From positions 64,001 through 128,000 of the forward strand of contig JBMYOQ010000004.1 of assembly GCA_049599475.1 (NCBI GenBank): 64,000 nucleotides of DNA. The letters run 5' to 3'. The notes under the pieces were generated by a model. It searched no databases and had not been told where the DNA came from. It worked only from the letters and a program-made list of their open reading frames with translations. This document shows positions 19,346 to 29,549 of this stretch, piece after piece (the stretch's first letter is position 1; every line of letters begins with the position of its first letter). The position numbers and the translations under genes are program-made. The stretch comes from Opitutales bacterium. Its GTDB lineage: Bacteria; Verrucomicrobiota; Verrucomicrobiia; Opitutales; JABSRG01.

Positions 19346-21082
19346 TTACGCCGAAGGTAGCCAAAATTCAAAAGTCGTGCCCTCAGGGCCGGACTGGAGG
19401 AGTTGAATGTCGCCACGGTGGCTTTTCAAAATCCGTTTGCTGATGGCTAGGCCAAGACCTGTTCCGTCTTTTTTACCGGTAAGGAAAGAATCGAAAATAT
19501 GCTCCTGAATCTCGCGTGCAACGCCCGCTCCGGAGTCGGACACACTGACAACTACGCGATTGCTTGAGCCCACATCGCGATTGTCGGTTGAGATGCGAAT
19601 AGTCTGTGGCTCATCTTTATCTACGGAAGAGAGCTTTTTTTGAATGATGGCCTCCATCGCATTGATCATCAAGTTCAGCAAGAGCTGTTGTATTTGTCCC
19701 TTATTACAGTTTACATACACTGATTTTGGGGCGCTTTGGTGGACTATATTGATCTGGTTTTGCTTCAGTTTCAGGCGAACCAGTAAAATAGAATCTTCAA
19801 TCAGGCGGTCGATATTGCAGCGGGCGTGCATATCTTGCCGGGCTTTTCCAAACTGGAGAACTCTGGAGACAATGTCTTCGAGTTGGTTCAGTTTTTCATG
19901 GATGACTTCAACATCCTTCCCTCGCATATCACCCTCTGGAAATTTGAGATCCATGGCATCAAATAAAAGCCGGATAACAGTGAGCGGATTCCGGATTTCG
20001 TGTGCAATCTCAGCCGCGAGTAGACCCAGCGTTGTCAGTTTCTCTGTCTTACGCAGGCTCTCCTCAGAGGAGAATACGCGAGCATAGAGACGGGCGTTTT
20101 GAATGGCGACTGCTCCCATCCTTGCCATAGTCTCCAGAAGCTTCTTTTCGTCGTTATTGAAGCGATGATGTGTATCCGTATACGCGTTTAAAACGCCAAT
20201 TGGCTCGTCTTCGTAGGTGATCGGTACGGACAGCATGCTTACCAGGTTTTCCTGCCGAATAAGCTCTGTAAAATGATGCTCTTCACTTCTTGAGATGTCC
20301 GGTGCTTCAATGGATTTCTGGTGTTGGACCACCGTCCCCATGGAGCAATCTGCAGTCTGGATGGCTTCTTGATAGCGAATCGGTTTACCATCCGGACCAA
20401 TGAGCGAGGCCAGGCGAAGAGTCTTCTGGTCTTTACTCAATAGGAAGAGGGCGCACATTCGGCTTCCGAGTAGGCTGCGGGACTCGCGTACGACATCGAC
20501 CAGCACCTCGGGCAACTCGATCTTGCTTACAATGCGGCCGGTGACATTTACCAAGCTCTGCAATTGTCCCGCCTTGGTTTTCAATTGGCGAATGAGCCAC
20601 AGTCGGGACACGACCTTGGCTGCTTCATTGGTGAGCAGAGTCAGGCTCTTGAGGTTATGATCATCAAATGCGCCGACTTCTTCCGAGTCTACATTTACAA
20701 CACCGATCACTGTGCCCTGTTCCTCTAGGGGCACTGCCATTTCCGATCGAATGCTCGATTTGATACGCACGTATCTCGGATCCTTTGTAACATCTGGAAC
20801 GACTAGAGATTTTCCTCGCTGAGCTACCCATCCTGTGATGCCGCGACCGAGAGGTAGTTGTAATGAATTGGTATCCGCCGGGAGTCCCGAATAGACCTCA
20901 ATGTTTAGAGTATTTGTCTCAGGATTGATCATCGAGATGGATGCGCTACTGGCATCCAGCACACGGACCATCTCATCCAAAATTATCTGTAAAGCCTCGC
21001 TTGGATCGTCGGTGCTGCTGGTTAAGCTGCTTATTCTGTAAAGGGCATCGATCGCTGTGATGTCTCGGGACTCTAAGGACAT
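19346..21082 (-). CDS. Cytoplasmic GAF-GAF sensor histidine kinase
   Basis: Two GAF domains (GRGITGWVA, SEMAVPL, SMLSVPI), H-box AHEIRNPL, NLMINAMEA, DSGAG, GTGLGL; no TM. Confidence 0.92.
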   Translation of the reverse strand: MSLESRDITAIDALYRISSLTSSTDDPSEALQIILDEMVRVLDASSASISMINPETNTLNIEVYSGLPADTNSLQLPLGRGITGWVAQRGKSLVVPDVTKDPRYVRIKSSIRSEMAVPLEEQGTVIGVVNVDSEEVGAFDDHNLKSLTLLTNEAAKVVSRLWLIRQLKTKAGQLQSLVNVTGRIVSKIELPEVLVDVVRESRSLLGSRMCALFLLSKDQKTLRLASLIGPDGKPIRYQEAIQTADCSMGTVVQHQKSIEAPDISRSEEHHFTELIRQENLVSMLSVPITYEDEPIGVLNAYTDTHHRFNNDEKKLLETMARMGAVAIQNARLYARVFSSEESLRKTEKLTTLGLLAAEIAHEIRNPLTVIRLLFDAMDLKFPEGDMRGKDVEVIHEKLNQLEDIVSRVLQFGKARQDMHARCNIDRLIEDSILLVRLKLKQNQINIVHQSAPKSVYVNCNKGQIQQLLLNLMINAMEAIIQKKLSSVDKDEPQTIRISTDNRDVGSSNRVVVSVSDSGAGVAREIQEHIFDSFLTGKKDGTGLGLAISKRILKSHRGDIQLLQSGPEGTTFEFWLPSA

Positions 21083-21287
21083 ACGTTAAAATTCTAGAGG
21101 GTTACTCAAAAGTCTCTTCATCTATAAGAGACGAAGTTCTTAGCGCTAGGCTATATCAGTTGGGCGAACCGCGATTTAAAGGTCTTTCGCAAAAGTTACT
21201 AACTCCTTCAGCCTATCGATTATTCGCGAAGAAAGTAAAGCTCTTCGCATCGAGGAGAGAAAATCATCTATATCGTCGAACTGCGTG

Positions 21288-24119
21288 TTACTCGCTCGTT
21301 CCGGTGCGGGTCTGCTCTTCGATGATTTGATTCAAGGTCTCGCGCAGTGAAAGGAGGTTATTCGTATCCGCGCTGGTTTCTTGATTGATGCGCTCGATGT
21401 AGAAGGTGTCCATGGCGACGCTGCGCTCGGTTGCGATTCGGGCAAATGCTATATCGAAACCGTGCTTATAAATGGCGTGCGCTATGAGATATAGCAGTCC
21501 GATTTTGTCACTGGCTTGAATCTCAAGAATCGTCCTCTGTAGAGACAATTCGTGATAGACGTCCACGCGAGGCGGAATGGCGGCTTGAAGCTGATTATCG
21601 TTGTTAATTGAGAATAGCTTACGCTTCTCTTGTTTGCGGGCTTGGGCGAGAATCTCTGGGTAGAGATCCTTGTTTAGCATCAATGCATCATTGACCGCTT
21701 TGGAGAAAATCTTGCGTGCCTTCGGGTTTTCCACAACTCCACCGCGTGGCTCGGAAACAAAGAAGGTATCGATCGTGATGTGGTCACTGCGTGAGATCGC
21801 TTTGGAGCTGAGGATATTCAACCCAGCAAGAGCAAATGCACCGGCGAGGCGGTAAAATAGCCCCGCTCGGTCCCATGTCACGATATTGACGACTGTCATG
21901 CTGCGCTCCAAATCGTCGTGCCAATCAATAATTGGGACGAGGGATCCTAGGGACTCCGCTTCGTGGATATTCGTCAAGAGTTGGTTGATCATCCGGATGT
22001 GCAACTCAATCTCCGGAATCGTGTGATGGATGAAGTAGCGCTCAGGCAGCAGACTGAAATGTGCTTCGATTTCGTCGGCCGAGATATCTGTTATCCCACG
22101 TTCTTTTATTGATTCGTAGGCAGACATTTTTCTTTCGCGACTCTGATCGCTGAGAGTCGACTTATTTTTAAGAACTTCGAAAGTTTCACGGTAAAGGCGT
22201 GTGTGAAGTGTGTTTTTATATTCGTTCCAAAGGCCTTCTGAGGTTCCGCAAGCATCGCAATATGTGTGCACATACAGTAACGAGAGCTGGTTGGCATCAC
22301 GTATAAATTCTGCGAAAGACTCTGGAGTTTTGGGGTCATCTAGATCAAATCTTTGCCAGAAGCGTGCCATTTCCAAATGGTGCCTTATAATGAACAATAT
22401 TTGTCCCCGTAAATCCTCTGGGATATCTAGCCGTTGGAGGATGGGTTCGGCGATCGCAACGCCGTTCAAAGCGTGGTTTTTGATCGCGATACCTTTACCG
22501 ATGTCGTGCAACAGGAGAATCAAGTAAAGCAGGTTGGGGTATTGTGCTTGTCGCAGAGCATTGCGATAGAGATCTGCCAGACGGTCCCGTTCATTGAATA
22601 CTCTATCCAGCTCTTTGATGGTATTTAGAGTGTGGATATCCGCAGTGTAGCGGTGATAGTATTCGTGTTGTACTAAGCAGGTGAGCTTTTGCCACTCGGG
22701 TATAAATCTGCCAAGAACGCGCGTGTCGTGCATCTCTATAAGTGCCCGGTGAACATCGCCCGCGCTTTGGAGAATAGCGCGCATCGCAGAGCTGGCTGAT
22801 GGGTCGTCAATAACGTGTCTTGTTATCAACGGTACGCTCTCGGAAATAAGGTTCTTAAGATCAAGATCGAGCTTCATCTTGTACTGTTGCATGTGTCGAA
22901 ACACACGAATCAGGCGGACGGGATCTCGTTTAAATACGTTCTTGTTTTGAGGGGTGATGAGTCCGTCCTGGAATACAAATCCATCGATGACACGTGGTTT
23001 CTCGCTCAACCCCTTATGGGCTCGAATGACATCCATGAACTTGATCGGAGTCTTGTCGGGGAGATTTGAACGTGCGAGCTTGGCCTCCAGGTATCGTGAA
23101 ACATTGAGGATCACGTCCGCGTGCCCATAGAAAACCTGCATAAAGGACTCTACGCGATCGAAGATGTTTTTTTGGCGGTAGCCTAAATTCCACGCAACCA
23201 AGGGTTGTGCCTCGAGATCCAGGAGGTCAGTGGGGCGTGAGCTTCGAAAGTGGATTTCGTTCCGGACTCTCAAGAGGAAGCTATATGCCTCTTTAAGTCG
23301 CTTCGCTTTCGAGCGTTTGAGATAGCCATTTTTGATGATGCTCGAGAAATCTCCTTTCCCGAATCGCACTCTAGACATCCACAAAATATTTTGAAAATCT
23401 CTCAAGCAGCCTACGCCGCTTTTCACATCGGGCTCTTGGACGTAGACAGAATCTCCCTGTCGCTTGCGTCGCGCTGTCTGAGATGCGAAGCGTTCCTGCA
23501 GATATTTGGAAGTATCTTCTTTCTTGAGGAATTTTTCGATGGCGCGTTCGAATCGTTGGAAGAGCTTTGCATCTCCGATGATGAGTCGTGTATCCAAGAT
23601 AGCATTCTTGGATTTTACCTCCGATTTTGCCTCGATGAGGGTTTCTTTGATTGAGCGAGAAGCGTGGCCTACTTTCAGTCCCAGGTCCCAGAGAGGGTAG
23701 AGGATGGCTTCGGTAAGTTTCTCCTGATATTTCTGGGCCGACTCGCCGCGGAGTGTATCTGGATAGAGAAAGAGCAGGTCGATATCGCTGAACGGACACA
23801 ATTCGCAGCGTCCATATCCGCCCGTCGCTATCACCGAAATTTTATAGGGTGGCTTGGCCTCTTTGGAGGCTTCGGTGATCGCATCTTTGTAGATTGTCTC
23901 AATCAAGACATCGATGATGATCGCGCGACTACGGGTAACGCGTATGCCACTATCGCCCTGGCGATGGTAGCGACGAAGCATTTTATCCTCGAGCGCGAGG
24001 AAGCGTTTATAAGCCTTAGTTCGGGTGCCCCGGTCTTCTTTCGATATTTTCGCTAAGCGTTGCTTTGCGTGCTTACGAATTCTTCGAAAGAGAGGATCTT
24101 CTGTGAACAGGGTCGCCAT
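21288..24119 (-). CDS. glnD: [Protein-PII] uridylyltransferase
   Basis: ATGGYGRCELCPFSDIDL nucleotidyltransferase motif, YHRYTADIH, LLHDIGKG (HD), two ACT domains. Confidence 0.95.
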   Translation of the reverse strand: MATLFTEDPLFRRIRKHAKQRLAKISKEDRGTRTKAYKRFLALEDKMLRRYHRQGDSGIRVTRSRAIIIDVLIETIYKDAITEASKEAKPPYKISVIATGGYGRCELCPFSDIDLLFLYPDTLRGESAQKYQEKLTEAILYPLWDLGLKVGHASRSIKETLIEAKSEVKSKNAILDTRLIIGDAKLFQRFERAIEKFLKKEDTSKYLQERFASQTARRKRQGDSVYVQEPDVKSGVGCLRDFQNILWMSRVRFGKGDFSSIIKNGYLKRSKAKRLKEAYSFLLRVRNEIHFRSSRPTDLLDLEAQPLVAWNLGYRQKNIFDRVESFMQVFYGHADVILNVSRYLEAKLARSNLPDKTPIKFMDVIRAHKGLSEKPRVIDGFVFQDGLITPQNKNVFKRDPVRLIRVFRHMQQYKMKLDLDLKNLISESVPLITRHVIDDPSASSAMRAILQSAGDVHRALIEMHDTRVLGRFIPEWQKLTCLVQHEYYHRYTADIHTLNTIKELDRVFNERDRLADLYRNALRQAQYPNLLYLILLLHDIGKGIAIKNHALNGVAIAEPILQRLDIPEDLRGQILFIIRHHLEMARFWQRFDLDDPKTPESFAEFIRDANQLSLLYVHTYCDACGTSEGLWNEYKNTLHTRLYRETFEVLKNKSTLSDQSRERKMSAYESIKERGITDISADEIEAHFSLLPERYFIHHTIPEIELHIRMINQLLTNIHEAESLGSLVPIIDWHDDLERSMTVVNIVTWDRAGLFYRLAGAFALAGLNILSSKAISRSDHITIDTFFVSEPRGGVVENPKARKIFSKAVNDALMLNKDLYPEILAQARKQEKRKLFSINNDNQLQAAIPPRVDVYHELSLQRTILEIQASDKIGLLYLIAHAIYKHGFDIAFARIATERSVAMDTFYIERINQETSADTNNLLSLRETLNQIIEEQTRTGTSE

Positions 24120-24133
24120 GCGTCCGGGACTCC

Positions 24134-24433
24134 TTAGGCCTCCGCCTTCTGTTGTTTAGGACGATAAAATGTCGCTGAGAAACCCACTCTAGAAACGCAG
24201 ATTGATCGAGTTTTAGTCTCGAGGTCGGCCACTTGCTCCGTCATCACCTTGCGGTCCTTCACAAATTTCACTTTGACCAACTCTTCCTTCAAAAGAGCGG
24301 TCTCCATTTCGGTTAAAACGGTTTCCGAGATCCCGCTCTTTCCGAGGAGGACAGACGCCTTCAAACGTTGAGCAATGCCTCGCAGGGCTTTCTTTTCTTT
24401 TTGGCTAAGACTCTCTGTCTCTGATGATTCCAT
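24134..24433 (-). CDS. yhbY: YhbY/CRM-domain RNA-binding protein
   Basis: LSQKEKKALRGIAQRLK, LGKSG, EELVKVK, VGFSATFYR. Confidence 0.85.
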   Translation of the reverse strand: MESSETESLSQKEKKALRGIAQRLKASVLLGKSGISETVLTEMETALLKEELVKVKFVKDRKVMTEQVADLETKTRSICVSRVGFSATFYRPKQQKAEA

Positions 24434-24511
24434 GTATAATAATTAAGTGTCGCCCGCTGGACTCATATATTCAGCTTTGCTACGGGCTTATCGATAATTG
24501 TTTCGCAGTTT

Positions 24512-27187
24512 CTAGGCCGTAATTTCGAAATCCTGGAGAGTTTCCGCGACTTTGCCATTGTCCACGCCGCCACCCATGGCGAAATCAGGTTTGCCTCCGC
24601 CTTTGCCGTCGAAGGCTGGTGCGAGTTTACGAATGATGTCTCCTGCCTTGTATCCGGCAGCGATCGCTTCCTTTGAAGATAACGCAGCGATAGATACCTT
24701 GTTCTTGGAGGCAGTAGCGAGGACCACGAGTCCAGAGTCGAGTTTTCCAAGAACTTGTGCTCCGAGTGTGCGCAATTCCTTAGGGTTCTCAATGCTGACC
24801 GCCTTTTTCACGAGCTGGATGCCTCCCATTTCTGCTGCACCAGCAGCTAGGGTATCCGCAAGAGCTGCAGCATCTTTTTGCTCGGCAGCTTTAAGCTTCT
24901 GCTCGGCAGCCTTCTTATCGCTCAATAGGCTTTCAATGCGGGTGATCAATTGGTCTGGACGGCAATTCAAGGCCGCGGATGCTCCAGAAAGGTGAGTGAG
25001 CTGATTGTCGATCCAGGACTTCGCCGGAGCGCCTGCGACCGCCTCGATTCTCCGCACACCCGCAGCGATCGCCGATTCGCCGACGATTTTTATAGTTCCG
25101 ATTTCACCCGCGCTGGATACGTGCGTGCCTCCACATAATTCCTTGGAAAAGCCTCCGATGTCTACCACGCGAACACGGTCGCCATACTTTTCTCCAAAGA
25201 CAGCGACTACGTCTTCTGGCTTATCCTCGATTGCGATCTCGGAGGTTTGAACCGGGCCATTTTCTAGGGTCCGGGCATTCACGAGATTTTCGATGGTCTC
25301 AATCTGGTCCGAAGTCAGAGCTTCGAAGTGTGCAAAATCAAAGCGGAGGCGTTCGGGAGTGACCAAAGAACCTGCTTGGCGCACGTGGGTGCCAAGCACT
25401 TCACGAAGGGCCCAATTTAAAATGTGAGTGGCGGAGTGGTGGCGCTCAATAGGAGTGCGACGCTCATTGTCTACGGTCAGAGTGACGGCGCATCCAGCCG
25501 AAGCCTCAACAGACTCTTCGAGGAAATGTAAGAACCTGCCGTGTGCGTCCTTTTGCGTGTCGACTATTTTGAGTGGCTTGTCATCGATAATCGCGGTGCC
25601 GGTATCGCCGACCTGGCCGCCCATTTCCGCATAAAAGGGTGTCTTCTCTACGATAATGGCGTGTTTGTCTTCTTCGACAGATACGACTTCCACTAGCGTG
25701 GTTTCAATTTCACTCAGCGAACCTTCGAAGCCTACGAATTCAGTCGCTGCAGCGTCGTCGTCTTCGGATCTTACGGTAATCGTGGTTTTCTTTTGAGCTG
25801 CTCTAGCGCGTTGGCGTTGAGCCTCCATGGCAACTTCGAAGCCTTCCGAATCGACTGTCCAGCCACGCTCGCGAGCGATCAACTCAGTCAAGTCAACCGG
25901 GAAGCCGTAGGTGTCGTATAAGGTGAAGGTCTCTTCTCCCGAGATGGTTTTGGACGCATCTTCTGTCTTCGAGAAAATGCCGTTTAGCAGCTGAAGGCCT
26001 CGGTCAATCGTCTTATCGAAGGCATTTTCTTCTGCAGTGATGACCTTTTTGATCACCTCGCGCTGCTTCTCAAGCTCGGGGAAGAAAGGGCCCATCTTAT
26101 CCACCAATGGATCTGCCAGCTTCGCAAAGAATCCAGCGGGTAAATCGAGCTTTTTCCCAAACATCACTGCACGGCGCAAGATGCGACGGAGGACGTAATT
26201 GCGGCCTTCATTGCCTGGAAGAATGCCATCAGCGATTGAGAAGGAGAGGGTTCGGATATGGTCCGCAATCACGCGGAAGGCACAGTCCTTTTTCTCTTCA
26301 GTGGTTGGCTCTTCACCCACTTCCGGCAGTGTGCTGGTGTAACTCTCAGAGCAGAGCGCTGAGATCGATTTGAAAATGTCCTGAAACAGGTCGCTCTCGT
26401 AGTTGGAGGGCGGAGCCGAGAAATTGGTAAAGCCCTGGGTCGTGGCAATAATGCCTGCAACGCGCTCAAACCCCATGCCCGTATCGACGTGCTTCGAGGG
26501 GAGCGGGCTGAAGCTGCCGTCTTCTCCGGCATTGAATTGGATAAATACTAGATTCCAGATCTCGATGCACCAAGGAGAGTCCTCGTTTACGAGCGAGCCT
26601 TTCGTGTCTCCCTCAGGTGTTAGATCGATGTGTAACTCCGAACAAGGACCACAAGGTCCTGTGTCGCCCATCATCCAGAAATTGTCCTTCTTGTTTCCGT
26701 TGACGATGTGGACGTCAGGATCGAGGCCTGCCTTTTCGAAGATAGCCTTCCAATAGTCGTAGGCTTCTTGATCAAATTCGGATGGGTCACCAGGGCCCGG
26801 TTTGTAGACCGTGGCGTAAAGGCGCTCCTTGGGAAATTTCCAGACCTCAGTAATCAGTTCCCACGCCCAAGAAATCGCTTCTTGCTTAAAATAGTCGCCG
26901 AAAGACCAGTTCCCGAGCATTTCGAAGAAGGTCTGGTGATAGGCGTCGAAGCCGACATCTTCGAGATCGTTGTGCTTTCCCCCAGCTCGAATACATTTTT
27001 GTGTGTCTGCCGCGCGTGTGAATGCGGGAGTCCGTTCTCCGAGGAAATAGGGCACAAACTGGTTCATCCCCGCGTTCGTGAACAGGAGATTCGGCGCGTC
27101 GGGCATCAGAGAAGCTGATGGAACAACGCGGTGCTGTTTCGAAGCGAAGAAGTCGAGGAAGGATTGTCGGATCTCGGCGGACGTCAT
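24512..27187 (-). CDS. alaS: Alanine--tRNA ligase
   Basis: LLFTNAGMNQF, FFEMLGNWSFGDYFK, HHSATH, ELCGGTH, GKGGGKPDFAMGG. Confidence 0.98.
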   Translation of the reverse strand: MTSAEIRQSFLDFFASKQHRVVPSASLMPDAPNLLFTNAGMNQFVPYFLGERTPAFTRAADTQKCIRAGGKHNDLEDVGFDAYHQTFFEMLGNWSFGDYFKQEAISWAWELITEVWKFPKERLYATVYKPGPGDPSEFDQEAYDYWKAIFEKAGLDPDVHIVNGNKKDNFWMMGDTGPCGPCSELHIDLTPEGDTKGSLVNEDSPWCIEIWNLVFIQFNAGEDGSFSPLPSKHVDTGMGFERVAGIIATTQGFTNFSAPPSNYESDLFQDIFKSISALCSESYTSTLPEVGEEPTTEEKKDCAFRVIADHIRTLSFSIADGILPGNEGRNYVLRRILRRAVMFGKKLDLPAGFFAKLADPLVDKMGPFFPELEKQREVIKKVITAEENAFDKTIDRGLQLLNGIFSKTEDASKTISGEETFTLYDTYGFPVDLTELIARERGWTVDSEGFEVAMEAQRQRARAAQKKTTITVRSEDDDAAATEFVGFEGSLSEIETTLVEVVSVEEDKHAIIVEKTPFYAEMGGQVGDTGTAIIDDKPLKIVDTQKDAHGRFLHFLEESVEASAGCAVTLTVDNERRTPIERHHSATHILNWALREVLGTHVRQAGSLVTPERLRFDFAHFEALTSDQIETIENLVNARTLENGPVQTSEIAIEDKPEDVVAVFGEKYGDRVRVVDIGGFSKELCGGTHVSSAGEIGTIKIVGESAIAAGVRRIEAVAGAPAKSWIDNQLTHLSGASAALNCRPDQLITRIESLLSDKKAAEQKLKAAEQKDAAALADTLAAGAAEMGGIQLVKKAVSIENPKELRTLGAQVLGKLDSGLVVLATASKNKVSIAALSSKEAIAAGYKAGDIIRKLAPAFDGKGGGKPDFAMGGGVDNGKVAETLQDFEITA

Positions 27188-27311
27188 GGCAAACCAGATA
27201 GAAACGCCCCGAATTGGCTAAAATTCAACGCTAAATCGCTGATCGTTACGGTATTCATTTAGGTCGAAAAAAGCCCTCGACCTCTAGGAGAAGTGTTTGA
27301 AGATACCCAGC

Positions 27312-28379
27312 ATGGATTTAAAGCGGACACCTCTCTATGCATTACACAAGGAACGTGGGGGACGCATGGTCCCGTTTGCCGGTTGGGAAATGCCGGTCCA
27401 ATATACGAGTATTTTGGAAGAACACAGCCGTGTCCGTTCAGAGGTAGGCCTATTCGATGTTAGTCACATGGGGCAATTTCACCTTACGGGTGAGGAATCT
27501 GCGGCCTTTCTAGACTACACGTGCAGCGCGAATATGAGTTCTGCCGAGATTGGTCAGGCAAAATACGCGATTCTTTGCAACGATGAGGGCGGGGCGGTTG
27601 ATGATTTGATCGTCTATCGCTTGGCCGAAGCGGAGTGGCTGTTGATCGTAAACGCTTCGAACATTGATAAAGATTTCGAGTGGCTGAGCAGCTTTGTCTC
27701 AAGGTATCGTGTGGAGCTCAAAAATGTCTCGGAAGACTGGGCTCTTGTGGCGGTTCAAGGCCCTAAGGCGATCGCGGCACTCGAAAAAGCAGGGTATTCG
27801 GTGCCTGAAAAGCGCTTCTTTCATGAGGAATGTGTTTGGGAGGGACACACCATACGCGTGTGTCGTACTGGATACACCGGAGAAGATGGAGTCGAATGTC
27901 TGGTGGCGGCGGATTCTGCGGAGACCTTTGCGAAAGTCTTCGAGGAATGTTTTGGGACGGGGGCCTGGTGCGGTCTGGGTGCCAGAGATTCTTTGCGCCT
28001 TGAAGCAGGATTACCTCTTTACGGCCACGAGCTGACTGATGAACTCGGTCCTCTCGAAGCGCGCATGAAGTGGGCTGTTGACTTCGGTAAGCCCGATTTT
28101 GCCGGAAAATCGGCGATGGAGGCGCGATTGGCGTCGACTGAGCGAAGAATCGTCCGTCTGTTCACGATGCAAGATCGTCGCATTGCGCGAGCCGGTACTT
28201 CGGTGGTCGATGCTTCGGGGAATACGATTGGCGAAGTGCTTTCTGGCTCAATGTCGCCCGGTTTACAGCTCGGAATTGGTTCAGCGATCGTGCCCTTTGG
28301 CTGGAAAGGGGAGGCTTTCGTCGCAGTGCGCGGGAAGTCTTTACCGATCTCTTGGAAGAAGTCCCTGATCGCGAGTTAG
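27312..28379 (+). CDS. gcvT: Glycine cleavage system aminomethyltransferase T
   Basis: LKRTPL, FAGWEMPVQY, LFDVSHMG, RTGYTGEDG, GLGARDSLRLEAG; ATG 27312. Confidence 0.95.
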   Translation: MDLKRTPLYALHKERGGRMVPFAGWEMPVQYTSILEEHSRVRSEVGLFDVSHMGQFHLTGEESAAFLDYTCSANMSSAEIGQAKYAILCNDEGGAVDDLIVYRLAEAEWLLIVNASNIDKDFEWLSSFVSRYRVELKNVSEDWALVAVQGPKAIAALEKAGYSVPEKRFFHEECVWEGHTIRVCRTGYTGEDGVECLVAADSAETFAKVFEECFGTGAWCGLGARDSLRLEAGLPLYGHELTDELGPLEARMKWAVDFGKPDFAGKSAMEARLASTERRIVRLFTMQDRRIARAGTSVVDASGNTIGEVLSGSMSPGLQLGIGSAIVPFGWKGEAFVAVRGKSLPISWKKSLIAS

Positions 28380-28433
28380 GCGTCCCTCTGGACCTTTGAA
28401 AATTCCGATGGCTGCCGATTCTGGAAACAGAAT

Positions 28434-28449
28434 TGGTCATTCCGTTGCG
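28434..28449 (+). promoter_or_regulatory. Candidate sigma54 promoter of cheV
   Basis: TGGTCATTCCGTTGCG: GG-N10-GC with TTGC, about 115 nt above the cheV ATG. Confidence 0.5.
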
Positions 28450-28562
28450 TATTCTGCGGAAAATCGTTATCTCGAGCCCAATAATTGAAGGCAAGGGCTC
28501 AAGAATCGGGTTGGCTCAGCGATCTCTGTAGGGAGCCCTTTTTTAATAACTTATATATCGTT

Positions 28563-29549
28563 ATGCTTGCTGCCGCCAAAAACGAAAATCAAGGAATCCT
28601 TCTCACCTCTGGAACAAATGAAGTAGAGTTCATCGAGTTCTACATCGGCGAGGAGTGCTATGGGATAAATGTCTCGAAGGTTCAGCGAGTAATCGCACGC
28701 AAGAGTATCAAGATTACTCCGGCGGTCAAAGCGCCTGAGGGCGTGCTCGGCACGATCTACATTCAGGATCAAGCTGTCATGCTTCTCGATTTACGGACTT
28801 CGCTCAATTTAAAAGGCGAGGCCTCGGACCCCGAGCGCCAACTGATCCTGGTGACAAGCTTTAATCAGACAGTGACGGCGTTCATGATCGACAGCGTAAA
28901 CAAGATCCACCGAACCGCATGGACTGAGTTTGACGCGGTGCAGAACGATTTCGGAGGGGAAGCAGGTTATTCTACCGGCACGGTTCGCCTGGAAGATCGA
29001 GTCGTAACCATTCTAGACCTCGAGCGCTTGCTTTTGGATTATCAGCCACAACGTGATGAGAATCAGGCGATATCTCACCCAGAGAGGACCCAAGAACGCG
29101 GGCGGGTTAAAATCATTTATGCGGAAGATTCGAAAATGATCCGCAATGTTACCACGAAAACGCTCGCGAAGGCTGGGTATGGCCAAGTCGTATCATTCGA
29201 CAATGGTCGTGATTGCCTCGATTACCTAGAGCATGCGTGGGAAGAATGTGATACCTCAGGAGATTCATTTAAGGACTTTGCTGATATTATTCTGACTGAC
29301 ATCGAAATGCCTAAAATGGACGGTCTTACTTTGTGTAAGCAGATAAAGGAGAATCCTCATTGTCGCGGTAAGACCCCGGTGGTCGTCTATTCGTCTTTGA
29401 TTAGTAAGGAAATGGCGTCGAAATGTGAACTTGTTGGCGCTGACAAGTGGATCGCGAAGCCTCGAGGTGATGAAATTATCGGAGTCATCGACGAGTTGGT
29501 GCTTAAGGTCGCAGACCACGGTAAGGGCCATAAGATCGTCTCGGGCTAA
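28563..29549 (+). CDS. cheV: Chemotaxis protein CheV (CheW + receiver)
   Basis: GTNEVEFIEF..YGINVSKV CheW domain; AEDS, TDIEMPKMDG, VVVYSSL receiver; ATG 28563. Confidence 0.92.
   Translation: MLAAAKNENQGILLTSGTNEVEFIEFYIGEECYGINVSKVQRVIARKSIKITPAVKAPEGVLGTIYIQDQAVMLLDLRTSLNLKGEASDPERQLILVTSFNQTVTAFMIDSVNKIHRTAWTEFDAVQNDFGGEAGYSTGTVRLEDRVVTILDLERLLLDYQPQRDENQAISHPERTQERGRVKIIYAEDSKMIRNVTTKTLAKAGYGQVVSFDNGRDCLDYLEHAWEECDTSGDSFKDFADIILTDIEMPKMDGLTLCKQIKENPHCRGKTPVVVYSSLISKEMASKCELVGADKWIAKPRGDEIIGVIDELVLKVADHGKGHKIVSG

Noticed and set aside
21112..21250. Hairpins GTCTCTT/AAGAGAC and GCGAAGA/TCTTCGC between glnD and the kinase
   Set aside because: Short stems with no U-tract; not enough to call a terminator or RNA
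27188..27311. Glycine riboswitch upstream of gcvT
   Set aside because: The intergenic region is short and lacks the GGAGA..CCGAAG..CTYTCAGG core
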